This document shows, in pieces, positions 49,103 through 64,000 of a stretch of DNA of 64,000 nucleotides (its first letter is position 1; each line of letters starts with the position of its first letter). Made by a program: the position numbers and the translations under genes. Under the pieces are notes generated by a model. That model had not been told where the DNA came from. It worked only from the letters and a program-made list of their open reading frames with translations, and did not search any database. The DNA comes from the human T2T-CHM13v2.0 reference genome, Homo sapiens, in assembly GCF_009914755.1 (NCBI RefSeq), contig NC_060927.1; one strand, given 5' to 3'.

Positions 49103-49398
49103 TGGCTGGGCATGGTGGCTCACACCTGTAAATCCCAGCAATTTGGGAGGCTGAGGCAGGAAGATCACTTGAAGCCAGGAGTTTGAAACCAGCCTGGGCA
49201 ACATAACATAGCAAGACCCCATCTCTACAAAAATTAAAAAATTGCTGGGGATGATGGCATGTGCCTGTGTTCCCAGCTACTTGGGAGGCTGAGGTGGGAA
49301 GATCACCTGAACTTAGGAGTTTGAGGCTGCAGTGAGCCATGATCATGCCACTGTACTCCACCCGGGGTGACAAAGCAAGATTTTGTCTCTAAAAAATA
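49103..49398 (+). mobile_element. AluJ
   Basis: TSD atgtgtatttt. Confidence 0.9.
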
Positions 49399-49399
49399 G

Positions 49400-53420
<4,021 letters not shown>

Positions 53421-53481
53421 AGAAAGTAATCATCAAAATTTTAATGCTATTTTAAAAAAGAAGTCTGTTCAAAACAGTTTC

Positions 53482-53772
53482 TTTTTTTTTTTTTTTTGAG
53501 AAGGAGTCTCGCTCTGTTGCACAGGCTGGAGTGCAGTGGCGCGATCCTGGCTCACTGCAAGCTCTGCCTCCCGGGTTCACACCATTCTCCTGCCCGAGTA
53601 GCTGGGACTACAGGCACCCGTCACCACACCCAGCTAATTGTTTGTATTTTGTTTAGTAGAGACGGGGTTTCACCGTGTTAGCCAGGATGGTCTCGATCTC
53701 CTGACCTCGTGATCTGCCCACCTCGGCCTCCCAAAGTGTTATGATTACAGGTATGAGCCACCGCGCCCGGCC
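53482..53772 (-). mobile_element. AluY-like
   Basis: TSD tgttca(a/t)aacagtttctt. Confidence 0.93.
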
Positions 53773-53980
53773 TTGTTCATAACAGTTTCTTATTTTTTCA
53801 GCAAACATTATTAGTAGCCCCTAGTGCCAGGTTCTCTGAGAGGTACAGAAGATGGCAATGAAAAACAACTTAAGACTTCAAAGACCTTCCAGTTCAGTGG
53901 TAGAGAAACAGACAATATAACACAGGCAAGTAATATAATTGTGCATCCTAGAGAATAAATTCTGAGAATAAAACCAATAC

Positions 53981-54008
53981 CTGCATCAAGCTGCTGCTCC
54001 CCGTTCAT
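53981..54008 (-). CDS. SFMBT1: SFMBT1 exon 2 coding part, MNGEQQLDA (c.1-28)
   Basis: GAAATGA start context; donor CAG/gtattg; phase 1. Confidence 0.95.
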
Positions 54009-54019
54009 TTCCACAGCAT
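54005..54019 (-). promoter_or_regulatory. uORF2, MLWK*, stop overlaps the main ATG
   Basis: ATG CTG TGG AAA TGA; ATGA overlap at 54008-54005. Confidence 0.6.
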
Positions 54020-54138
54020 ATAGGCAGGCTATATCCTCCCAAAACAAAGGAAAGGCCTATGGTTCTGCTAGGATCTGAAGATTACTTGCAGGTTTCAAGC
54101 ATCTGTTCAATGGGTATCCACGGGTCCAAATGAAAGTG
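54009..54138 (-). other. SFMBT1: 5'UTR part of exon 2 (130 nt)
   Basis: Acceptor ttctttttcatttttcag ending at 54139, upstream of the ATG at 54008. Confidence 0.85.
54082..54102 (-). promoter_or_regulatory. uORF1, MLETCK*
   Basis: ATG CTT GAA ACC TGC AAG TAA within the exon 2 5'UTR; translation not shown. Confidence 0.6.
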
Positions 54139-54698
54139 CTGAAAAATGAAAAAGAACACATTAAACAGCCTGAAGCCCAAGTGTGCTCACTCACTCATCA
54201 AACAGGGCACTCGACTGGTTGAGAGATGACATAAGACAAAAACATACTGGCAGAATAGATAGGACTGGAGGAAAAAATTGATACCTTTTCTAATTTTGAA
54301 GAGTCTGTATGTGTATGTGTGCGCTCATGTGCGTCTGTATGTGTAGAGAACGCACACTATCGAGATCTTGATAATAAATCTAAAACTCACAACAAAGTAA
54401 GATGCATATGAATCATTACCCTTTAAATTTACATTACCATACTTAGCACCATGATTCCTATACACAAAACTCCAGTTCCTAATGGTCTCCTAGGGAGACA
54501 GGGGAGTTAGCTTTCAATGCTGTCTTACACAACGAATATGATTCAGGATAGAGTATTACTTTATCTAATTTTCCATCTCATCTATCTAGAATATTATGCA
54601 GATCCATAAATATCAACTGTATTAGCCTACAATTATAAAGAGAATTCCTCCAAAATAAGCTTTGAACCTGCTTATTCTTTTTTTAAAAAACAGCTTTA

Positions 54699-55003
54699 GG
54701 GCTGGAAGCGGTGGCTCATGACTGTAATCCCAACACTCTGGGAGGCTGAAGTGAGAGGATTCCTTTGAGCCCAGGAGTTTGGGACCAGCCTGGGCAACAT
54801 GGCAAAACCTCACCTGTACTAAAAATACAAAAACTAGCTGGGTATGGTGGCGCACGCCTGTAGTTTCAGCTACTTGGGAGGCTGAGGTGGGAGGATGGCT
54901 TGAGTCTGGGGGACGGAGGTTGCAGAGCCAAGATCGCACCACTGCACTCCAGCCTGGGTGACACAGCCAGACACTGTCTCAAAAAAAAAAAAAGAAGAAG
55001 AAA
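54699..55003 (+). mobile_element. AluJ within a minus-strand L1ME 3' fragment (about 54670-55350)
   Basis: TSD agcttta. Confidence 0.9.
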
Positions 55004-55718
55004 AGCTTTATTGGGATATAAGCCACATACCAAAATTTCCCATTTTGAGGTACAAATTAATAATTTTTAGTAAATGTACAAAGTGTAACCATCATAATTG
55101 AATTTGAGAATATTTCTATTATCCTGAAAAGAAGCCAAATGCTCACTTGCAGTTCCTTCCTATTCCATCCCTAAGCTCAAGCAACCACTCATCTCCTTTG
55201 TCTCTACAGATTTTGCCTTTCCCAAACATTTCACATAAATGGAACCATATGAAATGTGGTCTTTCATATAACCTTGGTTTTCTTTCACTTATCATGTTTT
55301 TGAGGTTCATCCACGTTGCAGTATGGATGAATCTATTTATTCTTGCTTTATATATACATGTAAAATAATCTAAGATATTAATCTAAGATATTATCTTAAT
55401 ATGTGCCTAACAGATTAGAAAGAGTAAATGAAAGGGAGAAGAGAGCTGCTACAGGAAGGCATGGCATGAACTAACTGCAAGAGCGACAATACAGAAAACT
55501 ATAGCATTGGGATGGGTACTTAACAGCACAGCTTTGGGAGTGATATTCTGCAGGATCAAGCAATTCTATACTTCTCAAAAGTTTTGAGTGTGTATTAGAG
55601 CCCCCAGTAAATGATTCTCATAAGCAACTTTAATCATGAAGAAAAAGCTTAGCTTTTAATACATCCTTATACCACTTTTGCCTGAAAAGGTACCAGCTAC
55701 CTAAAGGACAATAGCTTA

Positions 55719-56080
<362 letters not shown>

Positions 56081-56489
56081 CTAGCTATGCAATCTGATAC
56101 GCTACCGTATTATGTCCATTTTTTATCTATAAAACAAATAAAGATCTTTTTCAGATTTTAAATTTTCATTTCATAATGAGCGTAGAAAACGTTTTGATAA
56201 CTATTAAAATTGTGGACATCCCACTTGAGATAAATGCCAATTATCCCAAATCGTATCACAGAATATAAGCACCGAAACCCACACTTTCAAAGATGGGAAC
56301 AATTGAAAAGAAACTTGAGAGTGATGTTTAAGGCTTCTAAATGTGCTCTCTTCCCTCAGTTTACTTTTCTACCCCAAGCCCAAAACATCCAAACTGTATC
56401 ACTCCACCTACCAATTTATTCATCCCCATATACTTATCAAACACCAGCTCCTTACCAACCACTACTGTAGGGGTGGGGTAAAGTAATCA

Positions 56490-56820
56490 AGAGAGATATG
56501 GTTCCTGCTTTCATGGAGCTTATTTTCAACTGCAGGGAGACAAATTAAGCCAACAATAAAAAAATTATTTAAATTGCTAGCAAGTAGAAGTACTAGATGA
56601 TAAGAAAGAATATAAAGGCAGGTCTAACCTAAGGTCACTGACAGTGTCCCTGAGAAAATGATACAGCAGCTAGGCAAAAGGGGGAGAAAAGGAGGACTAT
56701 TCCAGGCACCAAGAACAGCATAAACCAAGGCTCTACAGTGGGAAGGACCTGAAGGCTGCTGTGGCTAGAGCATGCAAACCAACAGAATAAGTGGCAAATA
56801 AAAGACTGAACAGGAAGAGA
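56490..56820 (-). mobile_element. L2 fragment
   Basis: ggttcctgctttcatggagctt, tattccaggc...aacagca. Confidence 0.6.
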
Positions 56821-57505
56821 AGGGATAACAGCAATTAATATTTACTGAGGACTGCCTACGTGCTGGGGCACTGTTTTAAGCAGGTTGTTGACAGGTTCAA
56901 ATTTCTATGGCTCTAATTCAGTGGATAATCTCCACATATAAAGTCTTGACACTTCAGCATGGTTTTGATAGAACGAAGTCAGTGCTAAATAAATATCTGT
57001 TGGGTCACTAGGCTTTGAAGATGTCATCTACTGTTTATGTTCATGAGCTCTTGGAACATGCTAGAGTATTTTGTGCAGAGAGCCACAAAGTACAAAAATA
57101 ATAATGAAGCTTCAAAGCCAAAAGGCATTAAGTGGAGAGATGCAAGTCTTACGTAGCAGAAAGCTAAGGCTGTGACATTTTTTCAACCTTACATCAATCA
57201 TTTAGATTTTAGCCAATGAGCAATCAGTTCATCATCTTAATAGGATCACAAGAAATAGACTGATGAAGTCTTCTGCTGTGGAACATCTGTTCACGCTCTC
57301 TCTTTATTGTTAGCCTGCTGTCTTTTCATGCAGTAAAGAAAAAACGGTAAACTATCCAGGCGCTTAGTATATGAAAATTTAATTCACTTTTCCTTTATTT
57401 CCTGTTCATATTAAATTGTCTTACTGTCATCATTTATTTTATCATTTATTTTGGTATTATCACCCTCTTGTAGTGAACAGAACACACTAAGAGTTACTCA
57501 TTTAA

Positions 57506-57622
57506 GGCCTGGTGAGGTGGCTCACGCCTGTAATCCCAGCACTTTGAGAGGCCGAGGCAGGTGGATTGCTTGAGATCAGGAGTTTGACAGCCTGGCCAAC
57601 GTGGTAAAACCCCATCTCTACT

Positions 57623-57657
<35 letters not shown>

Positions 57658-57701
57658 CTGAGTGTGGTGGCGGGCCAATGTGGTAAAACCCCATCTCTAC
57701 T

Positions 57702-57742
<41 letters not shown>

Positions 57743-57904
57743 CTGAGTGTGGTCGCGGGCACCTGTAATCCCAGCTATTTGGGAGGCTCAGAAGAGAATC
57801 GCTTGAGCCTGGGAGGCTGAGGCTGCAGAGAGCCAAGATCGTACCACTGCACTCCAGCATGGGTGACAGAGCGAGACTCTGCCTCAAAAAAGGAAAAAAA
57901 GAAA
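57506..57904 (+). mobile_element. Alu with a duplicated internal segment carrying (AC)15 and (AC)18
   Basis: Units 57594-57672 and 57673-57757. Confidence 0.93.
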
Positions 57905-57932
57905 GAGTTATTCATTTAAATAAGTACTTATA

Positions 57933-58127
57933 AGGCTGGGCCCAATGGCTCACCCCTGTAGTCCCAGTGCTTTGGAAGCCTGAGGCGGAAGGATCTCTTG
58001 AGCCCAGGAGTCTGAGGTTACCATGAGCAATGATCACACCACTGCATTCTAGCCTGGGCAACAGAGACAGACCCTGTCTCAAAAATTAATAAGTAAAAAT
58101 AAATAAATAAAAGTAAAAATAAATAAA
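57933..58127 (+). mobile_element. FRAM-type monomer
   Basis: Single right-arm-like unit with A-rich tail. Confidence 0.75.
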
Positions 58128-58506
58128 TTCTCATGAATTAACTGATCTGGATCTTACTCATCTTATTTAATACTTTAGTGAACTAAATAGGTGCCTAGAT
58201 ATTTGGAGGGGGTTCTAAGAAAATATACTGAAGCTTGGAGAAATTTTAAATACTTCTAAGAAATATAAATAAAAATTGAAAAGGCAAAGCTAATTGGATA
58301 AAATAAGCTTTCAAGACAAATACTAAAAAAGAACAACAACTAAACCCAGGCAGAAAAATCAAACTGAATAGCTATTTCATTTTTAAGTGGTACATCAATA
58401 TAAAATAAAACTACCATGGAATTTTAACAGGTTTTTTTGAAAGACCTAAAAGTCATCTGAACAACAAATATGTTAGACAAAATTTTCCCCTCCCATCTTG
58501 GTGGGG

Positions 58507-58738
58507 TTTTTTTACACACAGTATCACTGTGTTGCCCAGGCTGGAGTGCAGTGGCACAATCTCGGCTCACTGCAACCTCTGCCTCCCAGGTTGAAGTGAT
58601 TCTCCTGCCTTAGCCTCCCAAGTAGCTGGGATTACAGGCATGAGCTACCATGCCTGGCTAATTTTGTATTGTGGTAGAGACCACGTTGGCCAGGCTGGTC
58701 TCGAACCCCTGACCTCAAGTGATCCGCCTGCCTCAGCC
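58507..58738 (-). mobile_element. AluS, 5'-truncated
   Basis: TSD cctcccatcttg. Confidence 0.9.
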
Positions 58739-59571
58739 CTCCCATCTTGTTTTATATTACACATACAAGTCCACACTCTAAGCCTAGTAGTAGTAACCTG
58801 GCTTCATGTTAATGCCCTTTCTTTTCAAGGCTAAGATAAACATTGATTAAGATGAGTGATTACATGGGGAAGTTGCAATAATGCAAGAAAAATTTCTGTG
58901 GGAAGTATCCTCAGCCAAATGATTTAACATGTCTGACATAAGTAACTTTTAAAGGGCTTAGAAAGGACAGGACCTCAGGGTGGTTCTAAAGATCACTGAT
59001 ATGTTCGGTGGCTGGAAAAACAAAACAAAACAAAACACTTTAATTCAATAAATACCAGGCAGTTAGCAAGAAAATTCCTATTGAAATGTTTGAATTTGTA
59101 CACTTATCCCTCAACAGAAACAAGTCCAACAATAATTTCGAGTATGTTGTTAAATATACTAATTGCAACAATTCAGCAAATCAGATGCTCCATTTTCAGC
59201 AGATGTGCAAAGTTAACTCTGACCCTGACAGTGCAGTCAGTGGTAGAGTCACCTTATATTTCCTGTTCCCATTCCCCAACAGGTGTAGTTTTCTGTCAGC
59301 CTTTCACTCTTACTATAGTCAACTGTAACTACATGTTTTATTTGTCTATCTAAATTAAACGTTGTCCTTCCATTTGTCAAATGCCAACATAACTCAGGGG
59401 CAGAAATCTTCTATTGTTTCATTAAGTTGTTTGTTATGTCATTTTTATTCTTTTAACCCACTGCTACATGTCTGACTAGAGAGATTAAAAAATAAAGTCT
59501 GATAAAGTCAAGGTTTTAGTTCAATTTTGCGAGAAAAATCTTAGCCACTCATATCATCTAAATTAAATCTG

Positions 59572-59883
59572 AGGCCAGGCACGGTGGCTCACGCCTGTAA
59601 TCCCAGCACTTTGGGGGGCTGAGGTGGCGAATCACTTGAGCTCACGAGTTCGAGATAAGCCTGAGCAATATGGCAAGACCCTGTCTCTATAAAAAGTAAA
59701 AAAAAAAAAAAAAAAAAAAAATTAGCTGAGTGTGGTGGCACATGCTTGTAATCCCACCTACTCAGGAGGCTGAAGTGGGAGAATTGCTTGAACCCAGGGC
59801 AAAGGTTGCAGTGAGCCAAGTTTGCGCCACTGCACTCCAGCCTGGGTGACAGGGCAAGACCCTGTATCAGAAAAAAAAAAAAA
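59572..59883 (+). mobile_element. Alu (J/S)
   Basis: TSD aaatctgag. Confidence 0.92.
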
Positions 59884-60270
59884 TCTGAGCGAAACCTTTT
59901 CATGATTTTATAAACCCAACACAGGGCAAATCCATCTCAGTTGAATAAACTGGTACTAATAAATTTATAAAACCACTGAAAAAGTTCTAAACAAAACCCA
60001 AACTCAAGAATAACCTAAACTGGAAAAAAAGAAAACAAAGAAAGTGAAACTGTGGAGCCAATATTTTTAAAGATTTTGGACAACAATGAGAAATTGTTAA
60101 GTAAAATATAGCATAAGCATACAATGCACCATACATGGCCATTGGAAATTGTGTTAGAGAAATGGTTTTCTTCTCCAAATCCCAATAGGGCATTTTTTTT
60201 CTTCTGATTCTATGGTTGACCCAATAGGCCACTGTATTTGACTTGATAAGATAATTTTAGAATGCACCTA

Positions 60271-60890
<620 letters not shown>

Positions 60891-60934
60891 AAATGAAATG
60901 CATCTAAAAGAGAAAAAAATGGACAATCCAGCTA

Positions 60935-62790
<1,856 letters not shown>

Positions 62791-62811
62791 ATGCATTTAT
62801 TGACATGGAAA

Positions 62812-63260
62812 GCTATTTATTCATTCTTTCAATAAATATTTACTGGAAACTTATTATGTGTCAGGCACAATAAAAAAAAATTAGAGATATATCAGTGAAG
62901 AAAACAGACCAAAATCTCTGCCCTCATGAAGCTTATATTTTAGTGTAAGGAAGAAAGTATAATACTTTTTCTAAATGTCATAAGTGATAGAGCTGGGGAG
63001 GAATGACAGTGTGGGGTGGTTAAATCGGGTAGAGAGAAAGGAGGTTTCACTGAGAAGGTAACATATGGACAAAGACTTGAGGGAGCTACAGAAGGAAAGA
63101 GCATGCCAGGCAGAGGGAAAAGCCAGCAGAAAGGGCCTAAAGGGAGAGCATGTGAGAGTGAGCTATGTTCTAGGAATAGCAGGGAGGCCAGGGTAGTTGG
63201 TGCCAAGTAAGCAAGCAAGAACAAGTAGAAGGAGAAGAGGCAGGAGAGAGGTCAACTTCA
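62812..63260 (-). mobile_element. L2 3' fragment
   Basis: ttcattctttcaataaatatttactg, tctctgccctcatgaagctta. Confidence 0.78.
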
Positions 63261-63369
63261 CACTGCCTGCCACTCCCATGTACCTCTGTGAGTACCCCCC
63301 ACCTACAGCCCTTAAGGAACTATACTTACCAGGTGACCCTACTCCTCTGGGGGTAACAAAACGTAAAGG

Positions 63370-63990
63370 CAATGTTGGTGGGAATGTAAAATGATGCAAC
63401 CACCTGGGAAAACAGTCTGGCAGTTCCTCAGTGTTAAACATAGAGTTACCATATGGGCCAGTATTTCACTCCTCAATATATACCCAAGACATTTGAAAAC
63501 ATATGTCCAAACATAAACTTGTTCATGAATGTTCGTAGTATTATTTATAATAGTCAAAAAATAGAAACAAATCAAATGTATCAACCAATTAATGGTTAAG
63601 TAAAATGTAATATATCTAATATAATGGAATATTATTCAGCCATAAAAAGAAATGAAGTACGAATACATACTACAACAAGGATAACCTTGAAAATATTGTA
63701 CATGAGAAGATAGACACTAAAGGCCACATATTATACGCTTCCATTTATATAAAATGACCACAGAGGCAAATTCACAGAGACAAGTGGGTAGATTGTGGTT
63801 GCCAAGGGCTGGTAGAGAAAAGGTAATGGATAACGACTACTAATATGTACAGGGTTGCTTTTGGGGGTATTAAAACATTCTAATATTAGACTGTGGTGAG
63901 AGTTGTACTATTCTGTGAATAAAAAAACTGTAAACTTTAAATAAGTGAGTTTTATGGTCTGTGAAATATATCTCAGTAAAACTATAAAAA
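63370..63990 (+). mobile_element. L1MB/L1ME 3' end
   Basis: tgttggtgggaatgtaaaatg, ttattcagccataaaaagaaatgaagtac. Confidence 0.85.
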
Positions 63991-64000
63991 TGGTACTTAT

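Noticed and set aside
55367-55398. aatctaagatatt duplication plus taagata-t-tatctta mini-palindrome
   Set aside because: Short and AT-rich; compatible with chance or local slippage
57000-57420. Possible old Tigger-like transposase remnant or hidden exon
   Set aside because: No ORF, TIRs or splice pair I could confirm
58740-59570. Apparently unique stretch in intron 1 as an enhancer or ORF (59081, 59086)
   Set aside because: No recognisable protein, splice structure or motif cluster; needs chromatin or conservation data

Overview
Primate (most likely human, chr3p21) genomic DNA inside the SFMBT1 gene (Polycomb-associated protein with four MBT repeats), transcribed on the minus strand. I traced 13 consecutive coding exons with canonical GT-AG borders and continuous phase (start-codon exon at 53981-54138 down to 1034-1098; c.1-1480, about 493 codons). 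They cover the N-terminus, all four MBT repeats and the linker after them. Exon numbers 2-14 assume one non-coding first exon beyond the right edge. The promoter and the 3' exons (SLED/SAM domains) are outside the window. The rest is intron, dense in repeats: about 50 Alu/FLAM/FRAM/FAM copies, a 5'-truncated L1PA, older L1M/HAL1/L2/MIR fragments, MaLR and MER9 LTRs, and MER1B/MER58 DNA transposons. Repeat subfamily names come from recalled consensus motifs, and old-repeat borders are approximate. I see no evidence of a wholly new biological system. The best leads are: (i) each MBT repeat is encoded by a frame-preserving phase-1 exon cassette, two of them exactly 336 nt and bracketed by opposite-orientation Alus; (ii) an inverted MER1B pair brackets the 43-nt frameshifting exon 13; (iii) two uORFs in exon 2, one with its stop overlapping the main AUG (AUGA).
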